Assembly (NCBI GenBank): GCA_032249135.1
Contig: JAVVGL010000005.1
Span: 32,001-96,000, forward strand
DNA: 64,000 bases
Direction: 5' to 3'
From: Candidatus Calescibacterium sp.
GTDB lineage: Bacteria > Calescibacteriota > Calescibacteriia > Calescibacteriales > Calescibacteriaceae
The position numbers and the translations under genes are program-made. The notes under the pieces were generated by a model. It searched no databases. It saw nothing but the letters and a program-made list of their open reading frames with translations, and had not been told where the DNA came from. This document shows, one piece after another, positions 19,676 to 30,668 of the stretch (the first letter of the stretch is position 1; each line of letters opens with the position of its first letter).

Positions 19676-20683
19676 GTGTTTATAAATAAAAAAGATAGCG
19701 AAATCCTTTCTGGAATAATAGGTATCGGTTCGTATTTGCCTCAGAATATTCTGACAAATTATGACCTTGAAAGAATGGTTGATACAACGGATGAATGGAT
19801 ATATTCGAGAACAGGAATAAAGGAAAGAAGAATTGCAGGAGAAAACGAATTTACATCAACTATGGCAGTAAAAGCAGCGGAAAAAGCGATAAAAATGTCC
19901 GGAATCTCACCTCAGAAAATAGATCTCATAGTTTTTTGCACGATAACGCCAGATTATCCTATACCTTGCACTGCTGGGATTTTATCAAAAGAACTCGGAA
20001 TAAAAAACGCGGGGGGAATGGATATAAACACAGCTTGCTCGGGTTTCATATACGGAATATCAATAGCTGATACATTCTTGAAATCCAAAAAAGCAAACTA
20101 TGTTCTTGTTGTATGTTCAGATAAACTTTCGGCAATAACGGATTATCAAGATAGATCAAGTTGCATACTCTTCGGAGACGGAGCGGGAGCAGTAGTTATG
20201 ACAAGAACCGAAAAGTTTGGGCTTTTGGACTTCAAACTCGGACTCATAGGAGATGAATACGATAAAATTGTGATACCAGCAGGGGGTTCCCGCAATCCTG
20301 CATCTGAGAAAACAGTAAAAGAAAGAATGCACTTTATGAAATTGCAGGGGAGGGAAGTATTTAAGCTTGCGGTAAAGTATATGGGGCAAGCTCTCAAAGA
20401 AATTTTGGAAAAAAATGAAATAACAATAGATATGGTAGATTGGATTGTTCCACATCAGGCAAACCGAAGAATAACTGAGGCGATATGTGAACATTTCAAT
20501 ATACCAAAAGAGAAAGTTTATGATAACATAGAATTCGTGGGCAACACATCAGGTGGTTCAATAGCTATCGCTCTTGATGAGATGCTTGAAAAGGGACTTC
20601 TGAAAAAAGGGCAACTTATAGCTCTTGCGGCTTTGGGAGCAGGAATAACTTATGGTTCTGCACTGCTTTCCTGGGGTATATAA
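19676..20683 (+). CDS. fabH: Beta-ketoacyl-ACP synthase III
   Basis: DEWIYSRTGI, ACSGF, LFGDGAGA, PHQAN, GNTS catalytic triad. Confidence 0.95.
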   Translation: MFINKKDSEILSGIIGIGSYLPQNILTNYDLERMVDTTDEWIYSRTGIKERRIAGENEFTSTMAVKAAEKAIKMSGISPQKIDLIVFCTITPDYPIPCTAGILSKELGIKNAGGMDINTACSGFIYGISIADTFLKSKKANYVLVVCSDKLSAITDYQDRSSCILFGDGAGAVVMTRTEKFGLLDFKLGLIGDEYDKIVIPAGGSRNPASEKTVKERMHFMKLQGREVFKLAVKYMGQALKEILEKNEITIDMVDWIVPHQANRRITEAICEHFNIPKEKVYDNIEFVGNTSGGSIAIALDEMLEKGLLKKGQLIALAALGAGITYGSALLSWGI

Positions 20684-20845
20684 CCTATAAATTTTCAGGA
20701 AATTCTCAAAAGTCTGTTTCAAATTATTAAATTTTTATTTTATAATTTATTAGAACTTTAAAGATTAGAACTTTAATATTAAAAACTTATAATCTTTAAG
20801 ATTTAAAGCTTTAAGGAAGAACAAAAAAGAAAAGGAGGAACAAAA

Positions 20846-22990
20846 ATGGAGTTCGAAAAAATACAGGAAAAACATACAATAAAACAAAAAGAAAATACAA
20901 AACAGCAGGAACTGAAATTACAGGAAAAGTTTGAACCTAAAAAAGATAAGAAAAAAGAAAGACACCCTTCTCAGGAATATTCAGCAGAACAAATAAAAAT
21001 ACTCAAAGACCTTGAAGCCGTTAGAAAAAGACCTGCAATGTACATAGGTTCCACAGGTCCGCAAGGATTGCATCATCTTGTATGGGAAATTGTAGATAAT
21101 GCGGTTGATGAAGCTCTTGCAGGGTTTTGCAATAAAATAATCGTCAGAATCCTTGAAGATGGCTCCTGTGAAGTTGAAGATAATGGGAGAGGAATCCCAA
21201 TTGACATTCATCCAGAAACAGGAACATCAGCCCTGGAAGTAGTATTTACAAAACTGCACGCAGGAGGAAAATTTGAAAAGGGAGTTTATAAGGTGTCAGG
21301 GGGATTACACGGAGTTGGAGCGTCTGTTGTGAATGCTCTATCAGAGGAGCTTGAGGTTTGGGTAAAAAGGGATGGAAAACTTGCATACCAAAAATTTAGA
21401 AGAGGGAAACCAGTTACTCCAACAAAAATAAAACAGGAAAGTGGTATTGAAGAAACAGGAACACGAGTTAGATTCAAGCCGGACCCTGAAATCTTTGAAA
21501 CAACCGAATTCTCCTACGATATAATAAGAGAAAGGTTGAAAGAAATTTCTTACATAATTCCGGGACTGAAAATAATACTGGAAGATAAGAGAACGGGACA
21601 AAAGGAAACATTTTTCTCAACAGAAGGTCTGTCTGGGCTTGTGAAAGAATTAGCGTCAGAATCTCAGGTGCTATTTAGAAATCCGATTCAAATTGAGGGG
21701 GAAAAAGAAGATGTAAAATTTTCAGCAGCACTTCTTTACAGGGAAGAAAGTGAAGAACTTGTTCTTTCGTTTGCAAATACTATAAGGACAGTGGATGGTG
21801 GAACCCATCTTACTGGTTTCAAAACGGCTTTAAGTAGAGCAATAAACCAATTTGCTCCCAAAATACTGAAAAAAGATATTGTGTTTTCGGGTGAAGATAT
21901 AAGAGAAGGACTTGTCGGAGCAATCTCTGTGTTTTTACCAGATCCACAATTTGAGGGGCAAACCAAAGCAAAACTTGGAAATACGAAGGTAAAAAGTATA
22001 GTTGAATCAGCAGTATATGAGAAACTGGTCAAATTCTTTGAGGAAAATCCCAAAATAATTGAAACAATAGTAAAAAGAGTATTTCAAACTCATCTTGAAA
22101 AAGAAGCAGAGAAAAAAGCAAGAGAAGTTGTAAGGAAAAGGGCAAAAGATGAGATCATTTTACCAGGAAAACTTGCAGATTGTCAGATAAGGGATCCAGA
22201 AAAAACTGAACTCTTTATAGTTGAGGGTGAAAGTGCAGGGGGGAGCGCAAAGCAGGCAAGAGACAGAAGGTTCCAAGCCATACTGCCCCTCAGAGGAAAA
22301 ATCCTGAATGTAGAAAAAGCATCTTTGATAAAAATGTTAAATCATGATGAGATTCAGGCAATAATAGCTGCTTTGGGATGTGGGATAGGAAAAGATTGTT
22401 CTATCGAAAAATTGAGGTATCACAAAATAATATTGCTCGCAGATGCTGATATAGACGGCTCTCACATAAAAACTCTGCTTTTGACTTTCTTCTGGCGATA
22501 TATGAGACCGGTTGTTGAAAATTCTCACCTTTTCATAGCTCAACCTCCTCTTTTTAGAGTAAGAGAGAAAAACCAAGATTTATATCTCAAAGATGATACC
22601 GAGCTGAAAGAATATATTTTAAAAAGGGGATTAACCAGAATTCTTAAAATCAAAGACGATAAAGAAATTTCCGCAGTAGCGAAAGCTCTGCTTAAAGGAA
22701 AATATGATGAGGTCAAAAAATATGGAGATCCAGAAAAACTATTAGAAGAAGCAGAGCAATTGGGAAGAGACGGAATAATAGTTCAAAGGTTCAAAGGGCT
22801 TGGAGAAATGAATCCGCAGCAGCTTTGGGAAACAACTATGAATCCAGCTACACGAGTTCTCAAAAAAGTTACAGTTAATGATGCTCAAAAAGCTGACGAA
22901 CTTTTCACAATTCTTATGGGAGAAAAAGTTGAGCCAAGAAGAGATTTCATCATGAAATACGCTCTTGAAGCTACAACTCTTGATATTTAG
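20846..22990 (+). CDS. gyrB: DNA gyrase subunit B (type IIA topoisomerase B subunit)
   Basis: VRKRPAMYIG, EIVDNAVDE, DNGRGIP, SGGLHGVG, EGESAGGSAK, PLRGKILN, RFKGLGEMN, C-terminal LDI. Confidence 0.9.
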   Translation: MEFEKIQEKHTIKQKENTKQQELKLQEKFEPKKDKKKERHPSQEYSAEQIKILKDLEAVRKRPAMYIGSTGPQGLHHLVWEIVDNAVDEALAGFCNKIIVRILEDGSCEVEDNGRGIPIDIHPETGTSALEVVFTKLHAGGKFEKGVYKVSGGLHGVGASVVNALSEELEVWVKRDGKLAYQKFRRGKPVTPTKIKQESGIEETGTRVRFKPDPEIFETTEFSYDIIRERLKEISYIIPGLKIILEDKRTGQKETFFSTEGLSGLVKELASESQVLFRNPIQIEGEKEDVKFSAALLYREESEELVLSFANTIRTVDGGTHLTGFKTALSRAINQFAPKILKKDIVFSGEDIREGLVGAISVFLPDPQFEGQTKAKLGNTKVKSIVESAVYEKLVKFFEENPKIIETIVKRVFQTHLEKEAEKKAREVVRKRAKDEIILPGKLADCQIRDPEKTELFIVEGESAGGSAKQARDRRFQAILPLRGKILNVEKASLIKMLNHDEIQAIIAALGCGIGKDCSIEKLRYHKIILLADADIDGSHIKTLLLTFFWRYMRPVVENSHLFIAQPPLFRVREKNQDLYLKDDTELKEYILKRGLTRILKIKDDKEISAVAKALLKGKYDEVKKYGDPEKLLEEAEQLGRDGIIVQRFKGLGEMNPQQLWETTMNPATRVLKKVTVNDAQKADELFTILMGEKVEPRRDFIMKYALEATTLDI

Positions 22991-22994
22991 TGGT

Positions 22995-23363
22995 GTGATA
23001 AAGGGAATAGGGATAGATATAGTTAGAATAAGTCGTTTTGAAAAAGTTTACTTTGCCCATGGGGAGAGATTTTTGAAAAGAGTTTTTTCTGATGAAGAAA
23101 TAAAATATATTACGCGCTCGCAAGAGAAATTTTTTGAGAGAATTGCAAGTACATTCTCCGCAAAAGAATCTGTTTTTAAAACAATAGGAATGAGGAGACC
23201 AATAATATTCAAAGAAATAGAAATAATAAGAAAACCTTTCCCATCTGTTTCTCTTTATGGCTTGACAAAAATTGAAGCAGAAAAGAAGGGTATATCTCAA
23301 ATTTTTGTATCAATCACCCATGATGGAGATTTATGTATCTCAATAGCACTTGCAATTGGTTGA
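22995..23363 (+). CDS. acpS: Holo-ACP synthase
   Basis: GIGIDIV, FSAKESVFK, VSITHD; likely GTG start 4 nt after the gyrB stop. Confidence 0.92.
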   Translation: MIKGIGIDIVRISRFEKVYFAHGERFLKRVFSDEEIKYITRSQEKFFERIASTFSAKESVFKTIGMRRPIIFKEIEIIRKPFPSVSLYGLTKIEAEKKGISQIFVSITHDGDLCISIALAIG

Positions 23364-23516
23364 AATTTTTTATTTCAGCTATCATTAATGAAAACAAGAA
23401 GAAAAAAAATTAGGCGATTGAGTTTTGTTATGCATAAGATGCTCCTTTCGGAAGACTCAAAAATGCAAGTTTGTTTTTTCAAGAGTAGAAATATTGTGTA
23501 AAAGATAAATTTTCTG

Positions 23517-24584
23517 GTGGGAGATAATTTTAAATTTCATATGGAAGAAAAAAGAGAAAGAATAACTCAAGAACTTCCAACAGAAGAATTTAGTACATCA
23601 AGGGGGAGAAAAATTATAAGGTTATCTGTGAACACTTTACCTTTTCTTTACAACAACATCTATGTTGTGTTGGCTGATGATGGTGTTTTTTTGATTGATA
23701 TGGGATTTATGTCAAATTTAGAAAGTTTCAGAGAAAAATTTGAAAAGTATGTATCACAAAAGTATTCCGTAAATTTAGAAGATGTTAAGGGAATTTTTGT
23801 CACGCACGCTCATATAGACCATTTTGGTGGACTTTATAACTTTTTGCAGCTTTATCCAAAAACTGAAATCTATGTTCACGAGATTGATTCAAAAGCTGTT
23901 GAAAGATTTCAAGAAGTTCTAATATATGCAAAACATTATCTCTCTATTTTCTTAATAAGATCGGGACTTGATGAGAAAGCTGTTCAAGATTATATTTTGA
24001 TGTACACGGCTTCAAAGGAATTTTTGAGATCTGTGAAAATAACAAAAGCTTTACGAGATGGAGATTTTCTGTATGGATTTAAAGTTGTTCATACCCCAGG
24101 TCATAGTCCCGGTCACATGTGTCTTATTTTAGACGATGTAATATTTACAGGAGATCATATATTGCCATATATAACTCCTCATCAGTTCCCTGAAAGTATA
24201 ATGAGATACACAGGTGTCGGACATTATATTAACTCACTTGAAAGGGTGAGGGAAGAGGTTATAAAAAATAAGATTTCATTTGGTCTTCCGGCTCACTACT
24301 CAATAATAGAGGATGTTGTAAAGAGAATAGATGAAATAAAAGAGCACCATAATATAAGGTTGAAAAAAATTTTAGATTTGTGTTCCGAACCTAAAACTAT
24401 TTTAGAGCTGACTCGTGAAATTTTCCCAGATGCAAAAAAGTATCAGTTTCTTTTGGCAATTGACGAAGTAGGAGCGCATGTTGAATACCTTTGGGATAGA
24501 GGCTACCTTGGAATTGAGAACATAAAAGAATATCTTGAAAACGATGATGTCCCAGCAAGATGGGTAAAAGTGAGGGATTTGTAA
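23517..24584 (+). CDS. Metallo-beta-lactamase fold hydrolase
   Basis: THAHIDHFGG, HTPGHSPGH, FTGDH, PAH. Confidence 0.88.
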   Translation: MGDNFKFHMEEKRERITQELPTEEFSTSRGRKIIRLSVNTLPFLYNNIYVVLADDGVFLIDMGFMSNLESFREKFEKYVSQKYSVNLEDVKGIFVTHAHIDHFGGLYNFLQLYPKTEIYVHEIDSKAVERFQEVLIYAKHYLSIFLIRSGLDEKAVQDYILMYTASKEFLRSVKITKALRDGDFLYGFKVVHTPGHSPGHMCLILDDVIFTGDHILPYITPHQFPESIMRYTGVGHYINSLERVREEVIKNKISFGLPAHYSIIEDVVKRIDEIKEHHNIRLKKILDLCSEPKTILELTREIFPDAKKYQFLLAIDEVGAHVEYLWDRGYLGIENIKEYLENDDVPARWVKVRDL

Positions 24585-24704
24585 GAAAATAAAAAAATTT
24601 TTAAGAATAAAGAGAAGGAGAGATTTGAGAGGAAATTTGATTTGCATAAATTCAATTTTTCTGTTAAACCTTCAAATCTCCCTGAATGATTTACTAAAAT
24701 TACT

Positions 24705-25658
24705 ATGGAGGTAAGAAATGTTATAATTTTGGGGTCTGGTCCTGCTGGATATACAGCCGGAATATATACTGCAAGAGCTCTCCTGAAACCGCTGATTTTA
24801 GCTGGAATACAACCCGGTGGACAGCTTATGCTGACAACGGAGGTTGAAAATTTCCCTGGCTTCCCTGATGGCATTATGGGACCGGATTTGATGGAGAATA
24901 TGAGAAGACAAGCAGAACGTTTTGGAGCAGAAATCATATATGAGAATGCTGTTGATATTGAGATTGGAAATCCACTTGAGAAAATTCCATTCAAAGTAAA
25001 AACGGATACCGGGAAAGAATTTTTGAGTTGGACTTTAATAATCGCTACTGGTGCAAGCTCAAAAATGCTCGGACTTGAATCTGAAAAAAAGCTTGTGGGG
25101 AGAGGTGTTTCTACATGTGCAACATGTGATGGTGCCTTCTTTAAAAACAAAAGAGTCGTTGTAGTTGGAGGAGGTGATTCAGCTATGGAAGAGGCTCTGT
25201 TCCTTACAAGATTTGCATCTGAGGTGAAAATCATCCACAGAAGAGATAAACTCAGAGCTTCTCCAATAATGCAAGAAAGAGCTTTCAAGAACCCAAAAAT
25301 TTCATTTATTTGGAACAGTGTTGTTGTTGATATTCTTGACCCAGAAAAAGGTAAAGTTGAAGCCGTTGTTTTGAAGAATGTTGTAACTGGGGAAATTTCT
25401 AAGGTAGAGACAGATGGAGTTTTTATTGCGATAGGACACAAACCTAATACTGATTTCCTTAAAGGAAAAATTGAGTTAGATGATCAGGGTTATATAATAA
25501 CGAAAAACGGAACAACAGAAACATCTGTCCCGGGAATTTTTGCAGCAGGCGATGTCCATGATAAAAGATATAGACAAGCCATTACTGCTGCTGGCTCAGG
25601 ATGTATGGCTGCTCTTGATGCTCAAAGATTTCTTGAAAATTTAGGAATTTCTCATTAG
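24705..25658 (+). CDS. trxB: Thioredoxin reductase
   Basis: GSGPAG, CATCDG, VGGGDSAMEEA, TSVPGIFAAGDV. Confidence 0.96.
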   Translation: MEVRNVIILGSGPAGYTAGIYTARALLKPLILAGIQPGGQLMLTTEVENFPGFPDGIMGPDLMENMRRQAERFGAEIIYENAVDIEIGNPLEKIPFKVKTDTGKEFLSWTLIIATGASSKMLGLESEKKLVGRGVSTCATCDGAFFKNKRVVVVGGGDSAMEEALFLTRFASEVKIIHRRDKLRASPIMQERAFKNPKISFIWNSVVVDILDPEKGKVEAVVLKNVVTGEISKVETDGVFIAIGHKPNTDFLKGKIELDDQGYIITKNGTTETSVPGIFAAGDVHDKRYRQAITAAGSGCMAALDAQRFLENLGISH

Positions 25659-25702
25659 TTAATCTGGGCTTAAACCTAAATTCTCAAAAGCTTAATTTAA
25701 AA

Positions 25703-28435
25703 CTAAAAGCTTATTCTAAAACTTCTTGTAAGGTCATCTAATTTTATCATAATGTAGCTTATGGATTTATTGAGGGAAAAGTTATTTGCAAGCTGGAAAC
25801 TTTCATTTTCAGTTCCACAACCTTGTGATATTTTACCTATGAACAAATTCCCTCCGAATGTTGGATCTTTGAAATAAATATAAAGTAGAGGAATTCTCTG
25901 CTGAATTATACTCTCAAATAGAAATTTTCCTTTGATATATAAGCAATCATTTTCAAGTTTTTTTATTGTGTTGCCATCAAGAGTTTTTTGACCATCGTAT
26001 TCTGCAAACCTTTCCCCTTCAAAACATACATAGCATTTTCCGGTTTTTGGAATTTTGTCGTTTTCATTTGCTAGCTTTCCAAGTTCTCCTTCTATCAAAA
26101 GCGAGGGCAAAGAGATTTTTTGATTGAGTTCAGGTTTTTCCAGTATTTCTTTCATATCCGGAATTATATCTGTTATTATGACTTCTGGTAGGTAAGCTCT
26201 GAGTGGTTTTTTTGCATCAAAAAATCCTCCAATATTGAACGAAATAAAATCTGGAAAGATTTCACCTAAATTCAAGCTTTTTAGGAAATCTGGAATTAGA
26301 ACTCGCATTTCAGCAAAATTTACAGGGTCATTTTTTCTTATTTTTGACGATAGATTTACCAGGAAATCCCTGACTCTTTTGAAGTAATTTTCATCAAAGA
26401 AAGTGGGAATTAGTTCTAAAATATCAAGTAGTCTTGTGTAATTTGTTTGTATTCCTTCTGGTACAGTGTAGAGTTTCCCTGTTGAGAATTTATCTCCCGG
26501 AGAAAATTTACTATCTTCATTTTCATCTTTGACTGAGAAAACATCGTTGTTTTTGGGTTTGAGGAAAATTTCGTCAATAGCCAAAGCTATAAGTTCAAGA
26601 GATTTTATAAGTTCTTGCTTTGCTGAATCAAACTTTTCAGGTCTTATGAAATTGAGGATATTAGAGTTTTCATAGTAGAGTATTCCTGCAAGTCTTAAAA
26701 GTCCTGTTATATCTTCTCCTCCTTTTGCAAGGAAAAGCGGGATAAGATATTTTGAAGTGAGTTCTTTTTGTATATCAAAGTTTATGTCGTGTGAAAAAAT
26801 AAAATCAAGGAAAAATTTTGCGATATGTGATGTTGCCATAACAATCACCGGAAGTTCTTTTCCGAATTTTTTGCCTATTCTCACCTCTGATGTGAAGCTT
26901 TGCATATAGATTGGTATGCCATCTTCTTCATAGAACTCGCAAGAGTTTGAATATAGATATTCTGATAAATTTTGAAGTTCCGCTAATTTTTCTTCTATTG
27001 GCATTATATAGTTTTCATAGAGAAGATTTAGGTTAGGTTTCCACTGATATTGATTTTCAGATTTTTCCAATATATTTTTTTGATAAAGCTTATTATTTTG
27101 ATGATCTTTTTTATCTCTTTCTTCTTCTGCTTTTGCTGATAGTAGATATAGGTGTGGACTGAGAGATATAGATATGTTTGATTGAGAAGAATTTGGAGAT
27201 ACGAGAGATAAAATTCCTGATTCATTAGAAACTATGATTTGACTCAGCATATCAAATGCTTTTGCAAGGAATTTACCATATTCCGTTTCACAACTTTTTG
27301 ACTTTTCACTCTGTTTTGAAAATTCAAGATAAGCTTGTTTGAAAAACCCACGTTTTAAGAAATCACGAGCTTTTTCAAGATGGTTGTAATTATTAGGAGT
27401 ATTCTTTTTGAGCTCGCTTACAACTTTTTCGTCTATAAATCCATATTTTTTGAGGAATTCAAGTAATTTTTCTTTTGTTTTCTTCGTGTATTCTGTTTCG
27501 GGAAAGGAATCAAATGCATGAGCTCCATCTTTTACTACGAAGATTTCAGCTTGTTTTCCTTTTTGAACCAGTAAATGATAGAGTTCAACGGATTGATCAA
27601 GAGGGACGAGAAAATCCGCATCTCCGTGTATTATCAGGACAGGGAAATCTACAAAATCAATATAATTTACGGGTGATAATTTTTTTATAGTTTCCTCTAT
27701 ATTTTCGGATTCAGCTCTTACTGGCTCAAAGTATTTTATATAGGGGTTACCGAAATCATATATTCCATAGAAAGGAATTGCTGCATCTACTTTAAGTTCG
27801 CTTTTTGATTTTTCGTCAAACCATTCGCAGTTTTCAGGTAGGAAATCATTTTTTGAAAATGCTGTGAGAGCTGTGAGGTGTCCGCCTGCGCTTCCTCCCA
27901 AAAGTATTACTTTGCTGCCTATTCCATACTTTTTACCTTCTTTTTTTGCCCACAAGATTGCACATTTTATTTCTTTTACTTGCTCTGAAATTTTAGCTTT
28001 TGGAACTAATGTATATTCAATATCAAACACAGCTATTCCGTTGCATGCAAAAAGCTCTCCCCACCATCTGCCCATCGGGGTTCCTTTGTTTCCGGCTGTC
28101 CATCCTCCGCCGTGAATATGTATTGCAATAGGAAAATTTTTTATGCCATACGGCAAATATAGATCTCCAACTAAATTTGATTTTGAGTTTGAATATTTTA
28201 TATTTCTTATCAGGGAAAATTGTCCTCCCGTATATTCTTTTCCGAGTTCATCAGAGCATGGAAGCAGGTTATCTTCTATAATTTTTATTATTTCTTTTGG
28301 TATTTCACTTTTGTCTTCCCTATTTTTTTCTCCACAAGCCACAAAGAACGAAAAAGTTAATAATAAAGCAAAAGCAGAGAGAATAATTTTGAAAATCAAA
28401 GTTGTAAAATTTTTCTTATAGCTTTTATTTCTCAT
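25703..28435 (-). CDS. Lipoprotein: alpha/beta hydrolase (HSL-like esterase) fused to a large unrecognised C-terminal region
   Basis: FVA-C lipobox; HGGGW, GGSAGG nucleophile elbow, IHGDADFLVP, HAF; about 570 further residues not recognised. Confidence 0.75.
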   Translation of the reverse strand: MRNKSYKKNFTTLIFKIILSAFALLLTFSFFVACGEKNREDKSEIPKEIIKIIEDNLLPCSDELGKEYTGGQFSLIRNIKYSNSKSNLVGDLYLPYGIKNFPIAIHIHGGGWTAGNKGTPMGRWWGELFACNGIAVFDIEYTLVPKAKISEQVKEIKCAILWAKKEGKKYGIGSKVILLGGSAGGHLTALTAFSKNDFLPENCEWFDEKSKSELKVDAAIPFYGIYDFGNPYIKYFEPVRAESENIEETIKKLSPVNYIDFVDFPVLIIHGDADFLVPLDQSVELYHLLVQKGKQAEIFVVKDGAHAFDSFPETEYTKKTKEKLLEFLKKYGFIDEKVVSELKKNTPNNYNHLEKARDFLKRGFFKQAYLEFSKQSEKSKSCETEYGKFLAKAFDMLSQIIVSNESGILSLVSPNSSQSNISISLSPHLYLLSAKAEEERDKKDHQNNKLYQKNILEKSENQYQWKPNLNLLYENYIMPIEEKLAELQNLSEYLYSNSCEFYEEDGIPIYMQSFTSEVRIGKKFGKELPVIVMATSHIAKFFLDFIFSHDINFDIQKELTSKYLIPLFLAKGGEDITGLLRLAGILYYENSNILNFIRPEKFDSAKQELIKSLELIALAIDEIFLKPKNNDVFSVKDENEDSKFSPGDKFSTGKLYTVPEGIQTNYTRLLDILELIPTFFDENYFKRVRDFLVNLSSKIRKNDPVNFAEMRVLIPDFLKSLNLGEIFPDFISFNIGGFFDAKKPLRAYLPEVIITDIIPDMKEILEKPELNQKISLPSLLIEGELGKLANENDKIPKTGKCYVCFEGERFAEYDGQKTLDGNTIKKLENDCLYIKGKFLFESIIQQRIPLLYIYFKDPTFGGNLFIGKISQGCGTENESFQLANNFSLNKSISYIMIKLDDLTRSFRISF

Positions 28436-29778
28436 GTCTTAAATTTAAGCACAATATAAATTATTGCAAGAGAAATATATATAATTGTAGTTATAAAAAT
28501 TGAAATTTTTTCTATTTTTGATTCTTTGAGAGTTTCTGATAGTTTTGGAAGAAAATAAGATTGAGTTATTATAACCATAATGCAAATTGCTCCCATTCCA
28601 AAAAATCCTACCACTGCTGTGAAAACAATAAGTTCCCCAGGGGGAGCAATCGGTAAAGTGATGCATGTTATTACGGTTATTGCTGTTATAAGAATTTTGT
28701 AAGCCTTATTTTCGTCTTTTATAATTTTTTCATTTACAAACTTGATGATATCAATGTTTGTTCGTGCAACGGCGTCGGCAGTAGATATCCATGTATCAAC
28801 CAAAAATAAAGCGGAAGCAAACAAAAAAATTCTTCTTCCGAGTTCTCCGCCCCATTCTGCAAAGAACTCTGCTTGAACAACCGCAATTTTATATTCCGTA
28901 GGAAAAAGACCTTTTGGATTAAGTATTGCAAATGCCAGAAGTGTTGTCATAATTGTTGTTATTAAGTTCCCTACAACTCCAACCGATGAATCAAGCAATA
29001 GAGCTTTCTTCCAGATTGATATTTTATTTTTGGGTGTATCTTTTGAAGGTATGAAACCGGAGATGAATTTATTTTGGGTTAGCTTTGCCATTCCCATTCC
29101 TTTCCCTAAAATCCAGTATGAGTAAAAGAGCGACCAGAATCCGCCAAGCCCCATAAAAGTTATAGCTGTTATAACTTTCTCGTAGTCTTCTTTTTCTATG
29201 ACTTTAAGGTTTGGCTTGAGGAAACTTGCGAAAAAATCGGGTATTTTTTCCAGAACCGTTCTATAAGAGCAAGATATAACAAGTCCCACGAATGTTCCTA
29301 TTGCCACAAACATCATAATTTTTTCTATCACATCATATACTTTTTTTGATTTCATAAGTACTATATACATTCCTAAAATAAGCAAGTATCCCCAGAGTAT
29401 TGATTCGGCTTTCCTTGATATTCCAAAAGGTATGAGTTCAGATAAAGCTGTTCCTCCTGCAACCACAAATGAACCGAACCAAAAGAACGAAAAGTTCATC
29501 ATAATCCAGAGAAAAATTGAAAAATACTTGTTTGCTCTCAAAAATCCTCTCCATATACTCTCACCTGTAAGCAGTGAATACCTTCCGATGTAATAAGTTA
29601 GTGGGAGTTGCACGAGAGCGGAGGGGATGAGTAAAAACAAAAGAGCCCCTCCGTATTTTGCAGCAAGATATGGCCACCATATAAGTTCTCCCGAACCTTG
29701 GGCAAGTGCAAGCCATATTATCCCTGGACCTAAAATTTTTAAAAACCCCGGAAATTCCGGAATTTTTTCTTCTTTCAT
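28432..29778 (-). CDS. Nramp-like / APC superfamily membrane transporter
   Basis: GPGIIWLALAQGSGELIWWP, RYSLLTGE, about 11 TM segments; lacks the canonical MntH DPGN motif. Confidence 0.7.
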   Translation of the reverse strand: MKEEKIPEFPGFLKILGPGIIWLALAQGSGELIWWPYLAAKYGGALLFLLIPSALVQLPLTYYIGRYSLLTGESIWRGFLRANKYFSIFLWIMMNFSFFWFGSFVVAGGTALSELIPFGISRKAESILWGYLLILGMYIVLMKSKKVYDVIEKIMMFVAIGTFVGLVISCSYRTVLEKIPDFFASFLKPNLKVIEKEDYEKVITAITFMGLGGFWSLFYSYWILGKGMGMAKLTQNKFISGFIPSKDTPKNKISIWKKALLLDSSVGVVGNLITTIMTTLLAFAILNPKGLFPTEYKIAVVQAEFFAEWGGELGRRIFLFASALFLVDTWISTADAVARTNIDIIKFVNEKIIKDENKAYKILITAITVITCITLPIAPPGELIVFTAVVGFFGMGAICIMVIITQSYFLPKLSETLKESKIEKISIFITTIIYISLAIIYIVLKFKT

Positions 29779-30185
29779 AAATTTTCTTTACTCTATCTCT
29801 TTTTCTTTATTTTCTTGCCCCTTTTCTTCGTATTAATTTTTCCCATAACAAGGAATAAAAAGATAATGAAAAATGCAGAAGTTAAATTTTCTCTTAAAAT
29901 TATAGGTGTATTTGCAAAAGTTGTAGTTCTATTTTTGATCTTCGCAAAATCCACAATTTTTGTGTTCTACAAAAATAGATAAGCTATTCTCTTTAAGATA
30001 TAGATACAGATGTGAAAGTTATTTTACTGTTGGAAAATCTGTTGTTTCATGAACTGGAACTATTACAGCTGATAGCAAAAATATAATGTCAAGTTTAAAG
30101 CTAATGGTACAAGCAAGATATGCGATGAGGCAAGTAAATGCAAGAGCTTTTCTTAATTTGCAATTTGTTGTATAATTCTAATTCT

Positions 30186-30650
30186 TTATTTTTTATCTTG
30201 TGAGTTTGTATGATTTGATATATATTTTATTATGGTGTGTAGAGATTTTATTGCTGCGTAGAATTCCGGGCTTTTCATTAGCTTTAACATTTTAAATATT
30301 GAAGGTTTTTCTTTTTGAGCCTGGGAGAATTCTTCTGCTGCTTTCTTCATCCCTTCTGGTAATTTTTGAGCAAGTTCAAATAACATCTGATGGTTAAGAT
30401 TCCCTATCATCCACACCAACATCATAGCATTTGCAACTTATCCCATAAGTTCAGGTTTTACTATTGAATTGAAACCTTCTTCAAATCCTTCAAGGAGACC
30501 AGATACAGCACTTAGGATACCGCTCTCTTGTAGTTTCTGAACGATTTCTATTATATCTTTTATTGCATCTTTATTTTCTATTAGTGTTTTGATTATATCC
30601 TCTATTTTTTCCTTTTCTTTCTCATCAATACCCTTTATTGTTATTTCCAT
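30186..30650 (-). pseudogene. DUF1641-like protein interrupted by an in-frame TAA (30438-30440)
   Basis: The two ORFs are in the same frame (..LMG*VANAMMLV..); KLQESGIL and SIFKMLKLMKSPE resemble DUF1641; SD AGGAGGT upstream. Confidence 0.75.
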
Positions 30651-30668
30651 AGTTTTTTACCTCCTTTT

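Noticed and set aside
24503..25441. 312-aa antisense ORF over trxB, and other short antisense ORFs in the track
   Set aside because: Shadow frames of strongly conserved genes with no recognisable motifs.
29830..30185. Intergenic stretch that looks like decayed coding sequence
   Set aside because: Only short broken frames on both strands; no family recognisable without a search.
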